From Octopus bimaculoides (lineage: Eukaryota): a stretch of DNA of 64,000 nucleotides. Made by a program: the position numbers and the translations under genes. The stretch spans positions 107,540,459 through 107,604,458 of the forward strand of contig NC_068985.1 of NCBI RefSeq assembly GCF_001194135.2, in the 5' to 3' direction. Below are positions 49,862 through 63,777 of the stretch, in pieces (the stretch's first letter is position 1; the number at the start of each line of letters is the position of its first letter). The notes beneath the pieces are model-generated. The model did not search any database. It was given only the letters and a program-made list of their open reading frames with translations, and was not told the origin of the DNA.

Positions 49862-52106
49862 AATGGTCACAGTCACTACCTTCTTTCTCAACTAAAAGAT
49901 TTTAAAAAACCAGCTAGTTAAGATTCCAGACATTTATCTCTGAAATTACTCAGAGAAATAAAACATGACATTATCATTTGTATAGGACATACAAAAGCAA
50001 TGTCCTCCTCTCCAAATTCTTCTAATATTGTTTGGAAATTAACACAGACCAATAAAATCTCTCAAAAATACTAATAAAATTTCTGCAATATAGCAAATAA
50101 GGATATTGGAAAACCTCTAGTTTTGAAGGTCCTGCAAAAATCATTGGCAGAGCGTTTCTTCCTTGGATTAAACTACACACACACACACACACACCTCAAC
50201 CCAAGGCAAAGCAAAACTAAATCAATATAAGCTGTATTCTCTCTTAGGTTAGTAATACAGTATCACTTTGTCTGAGAGGCTGGCTGAAACCCCTTAGGTT
50301 GAAATCAATAATCAATCTTAATCATTTGTTTGACCAACTTCTACTTCATTTACCCTCTGCTGCCATGATACAATATGTCTGTGTTACATGTCCCTATTAG
50401 TATGGTAAACATTCTTAGTTCTGTCATCAGTGATAGTATTCGCAAAACCAGTACTTAACCTAGTTTCCATGGCATATAAATAATCGAGATTACAACATTC
50501 ACCCCTGAATGGGATGCTAATTTGTCACAGGGCTAACTTCCTGGCTATTGCTGGATCTCAAGCCCGAATTGACTAGAGCAACATGAAATGAAGTATTTTG
50601 CTCAAGAACAGAATGCACTGCTGATCTGGGGATTGAAACCACGGTCTCATGATCATGAGTGAAACATCCTACCCACTAGGTCATGTACCTTCACATATTT
50701 GACAATAGGTCTTTCAAATTCGGTGTCTTGTAGAAATCAAACTTAATTCATTTGGTCAGTTGACACCTCTTGTGCAATGTCATCATAATCTGATATTCAA
50801 GCTCTAAACTTCACCCACTATTTTTACTGGTAAGCAAAAACTATAAAAAAATTCTAATCAATAGGAAAGTTCATGGGAATTGGTGAACAATTCTTGTCAA
50901 GCAAAGCAAAAGAGAGAGCACTGAAATTTAATTTTAAGAAATAAAGACATACAAGGAGAGTGATTCTGATCTTTGCTCAATTTTAGACATTTCTCAATCT
51001 TATTATACCTCCTTAGAAAAATACAGACTAACATGTACTTATGGGCTCTTAGAACAACTGAGAGGATATAGCTTTTATGTAAGAATAATTCAGTATTATA
51101 GAATTCAAAATAAGAACATTTGAAAAATTGCAAAAATGTTTTCTGCATGAACAACATATAATAAAGTTTGTAGGCTAACACAACAGTTTAAATCATTTGA
51201 AATTACTATGCTCATAACGAAAAGGAAGCTCATTAGGATAAATGATAATTTTTGTCAAAAAAGACTAGGAAGAGAATTTACATTTGCTAATGGTTTGAAA
51301 TGATCATCGTCCATTGTTATTTTAATATCCACCTTCCCATGCTTGCCTGATTCAGAAAGAATTCATTTATGCAAATTATTTTACGGATTTTTTTTGTACA
51401 CCTGTTTCCCAGTAAGGTAATAGTGTTTCATTAACTGAACATGTTTTCAGTGAAGACAGGAAACAAACAACACTATGTGCATAAGATGGTACTTGCTGAC
51501 AAATATCACATGATATCAAGACAAGGAGATGCAAACACTGATGTGATCGGTATCTTTCAATTTCCATCTACCAAATCCACTTATAAGGCTTTGATCAGTC
51601 TATGGCTATAGGAGTAGGCACTTGCTGAAGGTGCATGCATTGGGATTGAACTCAAAATCATGTGGTTGGAAAGTAAACTGCTTAACCATAACCATGTCTG
51701 CATCTTATGAAATCATGCATACAAACACCTTAGGGATACACAAAATGAGAACATAGAGAGGAACCTCTTAAAAATAAATGTCCTACTTGAAGGTTTTACA
51801 AAAACAGAGATGCATATGTCTGTGTATAATGTAACCCCAGACACAAAATGCACAATACATTGAAATGTCAAAGCTAATTTAAAAGACTAATAAGACACAG
51901 AATTAAAATGCAAGTATTTTGATACTTTTGAATTTGGTGCAATGCAGGTCATTTGAATTTGTATTTCAAGTTTAAGTTAACTCACAAATAAGTAAAGTTA
52001 GAACACACACACACACATTTACTAGAGTTAATTATAGTTCCAATATATATATATATATAGTTCAAAAACACAATAACAAAAAAACAAAAAAAACAACAAA
52101 GTGAGG

Positions 52107-52145
<39 letters not shown>

Positions 52146-53734
52146 TACTGTTCCATTATCAGGAAGATCAACAAAGTTATCCATCCAATGAAAGACATGT
52201 ATCATTTAACAAACACAAGATTAATATAGTAGTATTAATATATTAAATCCTTTGTTTATTAAAGTATGTATGTTTCCAATATTCCATGAAAACATGTCCG
52301 GCCATTGAAAAATATTACCTTACTGGTAAAAGGTAAGGGCTGATAACATGAAGGGCCTCTGGTCACAGATAATCTACCTCAACAAATTCCGTCTGATACA
52401 TGTAAGCATGGAAAATAATGATGATATACACACACAGATGTGTGCATGTATGCTCTCACACACACATACACATACTTTCTTGTAGTCTTTGTTTAGCATA
52501 TAAAATTACTTACACTTATACACACATAACACTTTAACTGTGATCTAAATCTAGAGTTTTTTAAACAGAATTTCAGGGTTATTTAGTTTTTGTGACTTTA
52601 ATCAAAGGATATAATGATATATAAAAATTTAAAAAACAAACTTTTCTCCCTATCATCAATGTTGTGAGCAGTACATTCTGTCCACTTTAGTGGACACTAA
52701 AATACAATTTGAGTGTCTATGATTATCAATGTTAGATCTTACATTTCTGGAACACCACTAAGTGTTTACAATTAAATACGTAGTCCAAATGGAGGTTGAG
52801 TAAAAGGCTACGTTACAATTTTGCTTTCCAATTGCTGTAATTATGTTAGCAGAAACCTTCTCTGTCAGTACAGTCTGTTTGGCTGCAAACTGTTTGGAGG
52901 ACAGATGGCTTGGGAGCTAAACATTTGGTGCAAAGTAACACACACACACAGACATATCCATTTCTAAAAATCATTGCACATTGTTATAATTACTGCTTAG
53001 TTGAAATCTTTTTCTGAAAAAATTATATCATCATTGTTTTAATGTCCACTTTTCCATGCTTGCATGGATTGAACAGAATTTATTGAGGTAAATATTCTAC
53101 AACTGGATGCCCTTCCTATTGCCAATCCCTACCTGCTCCCAAGTATGGATAGATATATTTTTGCAGGATATTGGAAATGAATGATACTGTTTGTATGATA
53201 ACAACACTCATTTACTGCATCATATGATATCAAGACAAGGACATATACACACAATGTATATACACAGTGGAGTTCTTTCAATTCCTTTTTTTTTTTATTT
53301 ACCAAATCCATTCACAAGGCTTTGATCATCCTGGGGCTATAGAAGAAGATACTTGTTTCCTCAAGGTAACAACCACACAGTGGATTTGAACCCCCAAACC
53401 ATGCAGTTGGGAAGTAAACTTCTTAACCATAACGCTATGCCTATATATATAAATAAATAGGATAGTGGAACTTAAAAAAATAAGTACTGAACATAATCTA
53501 TCCTCTGAAGTGCTAGTTACATGATATCAAAATATTTAGTCTGCTGTTTCTCTGCCCACTGCATAGATATCACAACAACATACACAGCAGATATGGCTGT
53601 GTTTTAACATTGGCACAAGACCACACAATTGTAGGGAAAGAGCCTTCTTTTGCTGAACCACAAAGTTATGGGAACATAAACAAAACTAGTTGTGAAGTGG
53701 TGGGACGAGATAAACACACACACACACATTTCGC

Positions 53735-53906
53735 CATGATAGATCGCTGACCACTACATTTATATATTTTTTTTCTCCTTGTTTTATTTCTGTGTCCCTT
53801 TCAGTTGAAGAGTATAGGCTCGAAACGTCAAAGACTTCCTCTATTCCCGAGCGTTAAACTAATACATCCATTTGTTGTTTACACCACCTGTCTTCGTCTG
53901 TTGTTT
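53735..53906 (+). mobile_element. Penelope-like terminal fragment with a degenerate hammerhead-like core
   Basis: TTGAAGAG-TATAGG-CTCGAAACGTC-AAAGAC at 53805-53836; truncated by an N gap. Confidence 0.4.
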
Positions 53907-54397
53907 NNNNNNNNNNNNNNNNNNNNNNNNNNNNNNNNNNNNNNNNNNNNNNNNNNNNNNNNNNNNNNNNNNNNNNNNNNNNNNNNNNNNNNNNNNNNNN
54001 NNNNNNNNNNNNNNNNNNNNNNNNNNNNNNNNNNNNNNNNNNNNNNNNNNNNNNNNNNNNNNNNNNNNNNNNNNNNNNNNNNNNNNNNNNNNNNNNNNNN
54101 NNNNNNNNNNNNNNNNNNNNNNNNNNNNNNNNNNNNNNNNNNNNNNNNNNNNNNNNNNNNNNNNNNNNNNNNNNNNNNNNNNNNNNNNNNNNNNNNNNNN
54201 NNNNNNNNNNNNNNNNNNNNNNNNNNNNNNNNNNNNNNNNNNNNNNNNNNNNNNNNNNNNNNNNNNNNNNNNNNNNNNNNNNNNNNNNNNNNNNNNNNNN
54301 NNNNNNNNNNNNNNNNNNNNNNNNNNNNNNNNNNNNNNNNNNNNNNNNNNNNNNNNNNNNNNNNNNNNNNNNNNNNNNNNNNNNNNNNNNNNNNNNN

Positions 54398-54436
<39 letters not shown>

Positions 54437-54676
54437 AAACCAGGGGCTTCTTTTAGTTTCCATTCAACTAACACACCTGAAAGGCTTTGGTTGGCCTGAG
54501 GCTATAGAAGACACTTGTCCAAGGTGCCACAATTTGAACTGAACCTGAAACCATGTGGTCAGGAAGCCAACTTCTTACCACACAGCCATACCTGTGCCTG
54601 TTATAAGGCAGTTTGATGTTTTACCATTTTTCTCATTCCACCTGAATAAAGATACATACACACACACACACACATG

Positions 54677-55498
54677 TTGGGTCATCCCATAAATAATGCG
54701 GATTTTTTCAATTGCATGAACTAAAAGTTGGAGAGGGAAGGGATAAACTACCAGCATCAACTTGCTATAAAAGGAGGTAATAATTCTACCTTGTACTTAT
54801 TTTTAGTGCAAGTTTTGAAGAGTATATTTTGATTTTAAGTTATTTTTTCAAAGCTATAATGGATGTGTCTTGTAATAAAGGCACGATGCAATGGAAAGTG
54901 CGAGGAATATTAATGCAGTATATGGGGATCGGACAATAAGTGTAAGCCAGTGTCAACAGTGGTTCCAGAAATTGAGTCGGAAGCTACAACTAAGAAGATG
55001 AACCTCGTCCTGGAAGATCTGTAGAACATGGCGAGGATGTCCTGCAAACTCTGGTGGAACAAAATCCCATCGTAAGTGTTGAGGAACTAGTAGAGAAGGT
55101 TGGATTTAGTCATTCAACCATTCATTGACACCTGCATGCCATTGGAAAAGTCAGCAAACTGGGTTTCAAGACAAAAGGGTGCCTGGCTACATACAGCGAG
55201 GATGACACTCCAAAAGCTTGAGCAGTTTCAATGGGAAATGATGCTCCACCCACCATATTCGCCAGACATTGTCCCATCTGATTATCATTTATTCTGCAGT
55301 TTTCAAAATCTTTTGGATGGAAAAAAAATGAATTCTGTAGACAAGGAAAGAACAATACTGGAGGAGTATTTTTTGTCGTGGACAAGTGAATTTTGGAAGA
55401 TGGGCCTTGCAAGTCTACCAGATTAAAAAAGAAAATTATCTTAATTTTGAAAAATAAAAGTATAAAAAACCCCCGCATTTTTTTATGGGATGATCCAA
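54677..55498 (+). mobile_element. internally deleted mariner element
   Basis: TIRs TTGGGTCATCCCATAAATAATGCGG / CCGCATTTTTTTATGGGATGATCCAA|TA. Peptides EDEPRPGRS, IGKVSKLG, LHTARMT, HPPYSPDIVPSDYHLF; the DDD core is largely deleted. Confidence 0.9.
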
Positions 55499-55509
55499 TA
55501 TATATTTAT

Positions 55510-55917
55510 TCTTTTATTTGTTTCAGTCTTTTGACCACTGTCATGCTGGAGGACCACCTTTAGTCAAACAAATCGACCCCAGGACTTATTCTTTGTAAGC
55601 CTAGTACTTATTCTCTTATGTCGCANNNNNNNNNNNNNNNNNNNNNNNNNNNNNNNNNNNNNNNNNNNNNNNNNNNNNNNNNNNNNNNNNNNNNNNNNNN
55701 NNNNNNNNNNNNNNNNNNNNNNNNNNNNNNNNNNNNNNNNNNNNNNNNNNNNNNNNNNNNNNNNNNNNNNNNNNNNNNNNNNNNNNNNNNNNNNNNNNNN
55801 NNNNNNNNNNNNNNNNNNNNNNNNNNNNNNNNNNNNNNNNNNNNNNNNNNNNNNNNNNNNNNNNNNNNNNNNNNNNNNNNNNNNNNNNNNNNNNNNNNNN
55901 NNNNNNNNNNNNNNNNN

Positions 55918-55972
<55 letters not shown>

Positions 55973-56098
55973 TGATGAGCTTCTTTCAGTTTCTGTTTAC
56001 CAAATCCACTCACAAGGCATTGCTCGGCCCAAGACTATAGTAGAAGACACTTGCCCAAGGTGCCGTGCAGTGGGACTGAACCCGGAACTATGTGGTTG
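55510..56098 (-). mobile_element. SINE family A spanning an N gap
   Basis: Tail at 55510-55615 and head/centre at 55975-56098. Confidence 0.75.
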
Positions 56099-56591
56099 GT
56101 GTATATATCTTATTTTACCATCTGTTATTTTAGTGGGACCATCAAAGGTCAAACAAATTTGGCTATCAGATACTATCAAGCACCAACGCCATCTCCCTAA
56201 AAGAAATATGTACCAATCTATTGCAGATCCTCCCTGGCCTAATTTCACTGAAACAAACCAAATATTAATAACAGCTTCATTAAATTTTTAGCACATGTCC
56301 ACATTTATATCAATTAGTACAAAACCTTTTGGCATACCTAAACTCAGCCTGTTCACCAAAAGAACCTTTGAATCCACATTCATTTTGGTCTGTCTAAATA
56401 TTAAATCCTTCAGTCTTCAGTAAAGATCCCTTTACATAAATATTGAACAACCTTAATTTCTTGTTCTCCACTCACTCTGCTAACCTAATAGATAAACTGT
56501 TATAGTACAATTTCAGGTCAGGCTGTTCTATTTACATAAAAGCACATGTAATCATTAGAAGTCACTGATTCTTACTTCCACCAATTTTTTG

Positions 56592-57072
56592 ATAGAGAAA
56601 GAGAGAGGGGGGAGAAGAGAGGAAGAGAGGGAGTGGGAGAGAATAGAGGGAGGGTGAGGAAATAGAGGGAGGGGGAGAGAGAAGAGAGGGAGGGTGAGAG
56701 AATAGAGGGAGGGTGAGAGAGGAGGGAGAGGGAGAAGAGAGAGGAGGGAGATATAAGAGAGAAGAGGGAGGGGAGAGAGGAGAGAGAGGGGGAGAGAGAA
56801 GAGGGAGGGGGAGAGAGAAGAGNNNNNNNNNNNNNNNNNNNNNNNNNNNNNNNNNNNNNNNNNNNNNNNAGAAGAGAGGGAGGGTGAGAGAATAGAGGGA
56901 GGGTGAGAGAAGAGAGGGAGGGTGAGAGAATAGAGGGAGGGTGAGAGAGGAGGGAGAGGGAGAAGAGAGAGGAGGGAGATATAAGAGAGAAGAGGGAGGG
57001 GAGAGAGGAGAGAGAGGGGGAGAGAGAAGAGGGAGGGGGAGAGAGAAGAGGGAGGGGGAGAGAGAAGAGAGA
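56592..57072 (+). repeat. polypurine (GA/GGA-rich) tract with higher-order repetition
   Basis: Almost exclusively A/G on the + strand; the block GAGAGGAGGGAGAGGGAGAAGAGAGAGGAGGGAGATATAAGAGA occurs on both sides of the gap at 56823-56869. Confidence 0.85.
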
Positions 57073-57506
57073 AAGTGAGTAGGAAGGTTGAAGCGTGGAA
57101 GAGAGAAAGAAATAGAGAAAGAGGGAAATGAGAAAGGTAATTCATTTCATAGACCATATAAGGATGAAATGAAAAATCAACAGCAGCCATACACTTCCCA
57201 ATAACAACAAATATTTCTCTTAGTTCTACAATGTAAGTCATTAAAGAACACCAAATTAGCTACGGCTGAGCAACTCTCTGGTATGAAGATAACTGTGGAA
57301 TTTGAATGTGAGATGTTATCTTACACAAAACATAGATAGTGATATAACAGTTTGATGACACAGTACAATCCTATATGTGATGTTTGGCTAGACTTACACA
57401 AGCAATGATACCTAGTACACTATTCTTCATCACTTTAGATACACATCTAGCGTAAACTTCTGTTATTAAAACTATTTGTATCAATGAAAGGTATGTATAA
57501 ATATTT

Positions 57507-57882
57507 GTGGAGACGCATTGGCCCAGTGGTTAGGGCAGCAGACTTGTGGTCATAAGATTGCGGTTTCGATTCCCAGACCGGGCGTTGTGAGTGTTTATTG
57601 AGCAAAAACACCTAAAGGCCCACGAGGCTCCGGCAGGGGATGGTGGCGAACCCTGCTGTACCCTTTCACCACAACTTTCTCTCACTCTTTCTTCCTGTTT
57701 CTGTTTTGCCTGTAATTTAAAGGGGCCAGCCTTGTCACACTGTGTCACGCCGAGAACTACGTTAAGGGTACACGTGTCTGTGGATTGCTCAGCCACTTGC
57801 ACGTTAATTTCACGAGCAGGCTGTTCCGTTGATCGGATCAACTGGAACCCTCGACGTCGTAAGCGACGGAATGCCAACAACA
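57507..57882 (+). mobile_element. tRNA-derived SINE family C
   Basis: A box TGGCCCAGTGG, B box GGTTTCGATTCCC, tail GCCAACAACA. Confidence 0.9.
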
Positions 57883-60800
57883 TTTTACTGAAGGTTTATG
57901 AATATTAACAAAACATTTATTAATGGGATCATAATTATTATTAAGTTCAAGTTGGACTTTACAATATCATAAATATTTGATCTATTTTTCAAGTTGACTT
58001 TATAATAACATAAATATTTCATCTATTTATTTTATTTATTATTTTTTTTTTTACTATTTTCCTGGTGCTAGAAGTTGCTAACATGTTTCATGTTTTTAAC
58101 TGCTATTTCTTTTAATTATCTTCAGGTTATATGCTTGAGCAAGGCCATTTGAAGTACTGTGTCAGCAACACATCCAACATGAAGAAAATAGCTAAAAGAA
58201 ACTAACAATATATTACAACAATACAAGTAATAATGAAATCTCATTTAGAATTTAACATGACAGTTTGAAGGAAAAAAATCATAGATACAAAATTCATCAA
58301 AAATATTCTCTTTTAATGTAACACCAATATTTTGTAACCTCTAAATATATATATATAACCTCTTGTGTCTGGTGGTTTTGGAGAAAAGACAAGAAAAAAT
58401 GAAAGCAAAAAGAATAAATGCTGTATAATTAATTATGAAGATAAATTTAGTGACCTTTGCAAGCTGCTGTGAGACATGTGTAGAAAATTATCAAGCAGAC
58501 ATCCTGTGTAGCCTGGTATAAAAATTTCCTAATAAGAGACTGCAGAGAATGGAAGTAACATTGATAACAACATGTTATCTTTCAACAGAGTTGAAGTACA
58601 TTCACACTTTTATGTAGTCTTCAACATGTTAAATAAAATGTGTAAAGAAGGAAAAATCATGAAAGACTTCATGATTGGAGGTGATGCAGAGACACTGATA
58701 GGGAGAAAGAAACAGGCATTGATAGGGGGAAAACAGAATAGCAAAATCATCAACATCATCAGTAGCAGCATTATTTTAGCATCCATTTATTCATGTGTGC
58801 ATGGGTCACATGGAATTTGTTACATCCACCAATGATTATCACACACACACACACTGTATGTGTTGTGTGTGAAAATGAAACTGCATATGGTAGAATATAC
58901 AATTTGAAAAGTTGGCACAGAAAGATGAAAAACAAAAACAGACATGAACTTGGAAGCTCTTCACCAGCAATCTACCCAGATTTCATGGTGATTTCAACAC
59001 CTTAATTACAAATATATAATTAATGTAAAAAGCACCCATGCTTGTGCCACATATAAAGCACCAATGTCAGTGGCTTATATAAAGCACTTCATGTCAGTGC
59101 CATGTATAAAGCACCCATACTAGCGTCATGTAAAAAACACGCAGTACACACTGTAAAGTGGTTGGCATTAGGAAGAGTAACCAGCTGTAGAAACCATGCC
59201 AAAACAGACAACCAGAGGCAGAGCAACCCGCCCAACCCATGCCAGCATGGAAAACAGATGTATGATGAACAGGTCGCGGTCTCAAAGCGATGAAAATATT
59301 TTGACAAATTAAATTTAAATGTTGAAGTGAATCTAACGGATTTTGTGTGTTATTTTAAATGGCTTATAAACACCTTCCACGCTGCAATTGTATGTATATA
59401 TATATATATATATATATAATGAAAAAAATCAAACTATTTTGTGAAAAAGTAATTGTAAATTAATAAGGATTAATCAATTAATCTTAGGTGATCAATTATT
59501 TACACTATGCTTTGACTGGCAGAACTGCCAAATGTTCTTTGGTGCTTTATTCTATATCTATGGTATAAACTCAATACCAACACAACCAAAACTGTCTCTA
59601 GTTTCATGACATCAACTAAATTGACTTGTACTAAAGTACTTATATTTAAATATAAATCCCAACTGAAATTTCATTACATGACTGATAAATATGAATTAAC
59701 TGCTCAAAATTTATACGATATAACACACACATTATCATCATTGCTTAACATCAGTTTCCCATGCTGATATGATATCAGCATATATAAAGCATTTCAGTGT
59801 ATATATAATAAACTGTATAAAGTTACTGATCAAAGAGATGCATGTGAGTTGCTCGATATTTCCTAGGTTAAGAAGGCAAAATTTATAGCATTAAAAACAG
59901 AGATAATACAGTGCCTTTTTGCTCCCTATCTCTACAAGACTTCAGAAATTTAAGTAATTAGCTTACTTGAGGACCTAAGCTATTGATGCACTGGTAAAAG
60001 ACATCGAAGATTGATTTTATTACCAGCATTTGTAGGAGATCAAAGGGCACAGTTCTCTTACAAGTTTTATACAGTATCATTAGACTGTTTCTTCGTTGCT
60101 TGATGTGATGTATTCTGAATGTACTTACTCTTTCAGTGTTAAATGTACTTTGATTTAAAGACGAACACTAATGAGCGTCTATTTGAAAGGCATTATATAG
60201 TTAAAAATTCTAAGGGATCGTTTTTTCTGTAATATAAGCTGAATGAAAACTGGATTTATTTTACACCAGTAAGAGTAATGACTGTTTAATATCAAACACT
60301 TCATACAGTATAAAAAAATACCATATAACACAGACAATACTGTGACTAAATTTTATATAGGAGAACTACATTACTTGATATAGCATGAACAAATATATAC
60401 TCATACATAAAATATAAGTATATATATAAAATATATATACAAGATATATATTTTACACATAAAATATATAAGTATATATACTCAAACATAAGATACAATA
60501 TATATAGTAATAACAAGTGCAGTTAAGTGTCATAAAGACAGTAAGTTAAGTATCGTAAAGATAGAGTAAGTGTGAAGGTGGTGTTGCTGGTTACTGCAGT
60601 ATGGTTTTAGCAAATGTAATTGTGATGGTTGTGGTGATAGTGATAGTGGTTAATAAGTGTCAAAAGTGATACTGAAGATGATGATGGTATTGGTGGTGGT
60701 AGTTAAGGTAGAGGGGACAACTATGTCACAACCACAGGAAACCAACTCTTTGACTATCCCAACCTACAGTTTCCTATTCTGTCCTCATTTAAAAAACAAT

Positions 60801-61018
60801 TACTCACAATTTAGTACATTTTTCTCTGTGTCAAACTTCCTCTTGGGTTCTTTTCACAATCACTAGTGAAGCAGCTTTTAATCTCCCAAATTTAGCTGAC
60901 AACAGCCAACCCCTTGTTTGAGACCATTTGAAATAGCTTTGATATAATCATTAACGAAGAAGAGCTGTAGAAATGATTGGATAATACCAAAACATGGAAC
61001 TAAGCAGATCCAATATAA

Positions 61019-61332
61019 TCATCATCATTGTTTAACATCTGCTTCCATGCTGGCATGGGTTGGACGATTTGATTGAGGACTGGCAAGCTAGGAGGCTGCA
61101 CCAGGCTTCAATCTGTTCTGGTAAAGTTTCAACAGCTGGATGTCCTTCCTAACGCCAACCACTCCAAGAGTGTAGTGGGTGCTTTTTACATGCCACAGTC
61201 ATGGAGGCCAATCAGGCAACACTGGCATTGATCACACTTGAATAATGCTTTTTACATGCCACCGGCACAGGAGCCAGTCGGGCGGCACTGGCATTGACTA
61301 TGCTTGAATGGTGCTTTTTATGTGCCACCGGC
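61019..61332 (-). mobile_element. 3'-end copy of the PHD-RTE family
   Basis: Same tail. Smaller copies lie at about 1035-1087, 1148-1240, 26385-26560, 31240-31340, 51300-51440, 52330-52425, 53027-53140 and 59020-59270. Confidence 0.85.
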
Positions 61333-61720
61333 GGTCACAACAAAGATTATGGTAACAATAAGACAGTCCAAGTTCCCTACATGCATCAAGAATGGTCAAT
61401 TATGTGTTCTTTTGTTTGTCTTTTTTCTTTTCATTACCTTTGAGCATTTCAGAAGTCATCAAATTAGAGTCTATCATCATATTCATACTGGAGGTTGAAT
61501 TAGTACCAAGGAATTCAGACAAACATGTTGAGCTAAACTAGATTAGACACTGAATAAATAATACAGAGACTCCATCCATATATGATGAAAGTTATGCTCT
61601 GCTTCTGAGATTATAAAACTGAAACATGTCCTGATTGCCTTCTGTATATTCCAAACGATAAAAAAAAAAATGGAAGAAAATAATATGAAAATAATTAAAT
61701 AATATATACCAGTATTTGAT

Positions 61721-62112
61721 ACTCTTTACTCTTTTACTTGTTTCAGTCTTTTGACTGTGGCCATGCTGGGGCACCGCCTTTAGTTGAGCAAATCGACCCC
61801 AGGACTTATTCTTTGTAAGCCTAGTACTTATTCTATCAGTCTCTTTTTGCCGAACCACTAAGTTACAGGGACGTAAACACACCAGCATCGGTTGTCAAGC
61901 GAAGTTGGGGAGACAAACACAGACACACACATACATATATATACATATATACGACAGGCTTCTTTCAGTTTCCGTCTACCAAATCCACTCACAAAGTTTT
62001 GGTTGGCCTGAGGCTATAGTAAAAGACACTTGCCCAAGGTGTCACGCAGTGGGACTGAACCCAGAACCATGTGGTTGGTAAGCAAGCTACTTACCACACA
62101 GCCACTCCTGCA
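61721..62112 (-). mobile_element. SINE family A
   Basis: Full-length reverse-complement copy. Confidence 0.9.
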
Positions 62113-62799
62113 ACACAATGTATATCACTTTTCTTACAAATAGTATATAAATGTCACTTCCTTTCTTTATCAAATATGCAAATATTCAAGTTTGATTAAC
62201 ACAACGAAAAATAAATATTTACACAAAGTCCAGTTCAGCCCATATGAGTGGTTTATATAACAACACTACTTTTTTTTCAATTGCAAAGATATCCCTCTCT
62301 TTTAATGCTACTAGTAGGGAACTGGTGCAATACTGTTTTTTATCACCACATAACTATATCTGGTTAGCCTAACAAAGCTATAAAAATTGTAAAGTATATT
62401 GTAAGAAGTGCATTAGCAGTGAGGTTAAGGTACCAGACTACAAATAAATGATAAGTTTAAAACATTATAAGTGTTTTTGGTCTTTTGAACACCACCAAAC
62501 AAAATAAAATGGTATACAATCCAATGACATGCTGTGGCTTTTTGTAAAGTTCTCTAAATTACTTTTGCTATTTTTTTTACTTCAAGATCGAATGGTTACT
62601 AACAAGAGGCATCATTCAAATGGAAAAGCAATTCATCTGACAAATAACCTGCGACACACATGTAAAGTGTAAAATAAAAAAAACAAACAAATAGAACAAA
62701 GTCAAAGTTATTAATTAACTCTGGGCTTTGTGATTTGTTTTGTGAAGATGTAATGATACATTAGTAAAGATTAATCAATCCCAGCTAGTTGATTATTAA

Positions 62800-63245
62800 T
62801 CCGTTAGCATTCAAATTACCATCAAATTTAATACTTATTTATTCACATGGTTTTGTATTAATCAAGCATTATCAATGTAGCTCTGAGATTTTGATGATGT
62901 GATTGCTTATTTTTAGAATGATATTGTTGGGTAGGTGTAAGAGGCCAGATCTGGTCAGTTTAACCCTTTCGATACCAACATGGCTGAAACTGCCTCTGGC
63001 TCTGTAGTACAAATGTCTTGTTTTCATAAATTCTAAATTAAAATCTTCCACTAAACCTTAGTCCCAATTTATGTTCCTAATACTAGCTTAATGATAACTA
63101 AGTTATCTAACTAAATTCTTTGTTATATTTAGAATTAATTGAAAGAAAAACAGAGCATCTCAAAAGAAATAATGGTAATGAAACTGTTATGCATAAAATA
63201 GGTAGAATATTTGGGCTACATATGGCCAGTTTGAATGCTAAAGGG
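62800..63245. mobile_element. piggyBac-like MITE family 2 with nested family 1 MITE (62964-63186)
   Basis: Outer TTAA|TCCGTTAGCATTCAAA...ATGCTAAAGGG|TTAA; inner TTAA|CCCTTTCGATACC. Confidence 0.75.
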
Positions 63246-63777
63246 TTAATGCTGTTTGACTGGTAGAATCTCAAATTGTTCTCAGGAGTTATTATATTCC
63301 GTATCTTTAACATTAATTCTTTCAATACCAACTCAGCCAAGTGAATGACAAACTTTCAATACCAGACTATAAAAAGTTGGTGTCATTACCCTATGAAAGT
63401 AATTGGCTTGAATTAAAATCATGAGCAATATCTCACAGTAATATTTCTTGATTTCTACAAGCAAAAAGTTTTCTATGTATGACTACTTATAAAATGCATC
63501 CAAATAAATAAATTAAAAAGTTAGTTATTTTACAAAACCTCTCCACATTTTTCATCATTGTTTTAAAATCTATTTTTGCATGTTTGCTTGGATCAGTTGT
63601 AGTTCATTGAAGCATATTTTCTATGCCTTTCTTATCATCAACCCTTACTTATTTCTAAGTGTGGTAATATTTCCCCATGATGGGCCAGGCTTTCATAGAA
63701 ATAAGTGACACCACTTGTATGAAGGTGACAATCATTAATAACTATCACACAATGGAAAGATGAGGAAAGATATACAT

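Noticed and set aside
55100-55426. Active mariner transposase
   Set aside because: The element is only about 820 bp with the catalytic core deleted and stops present.
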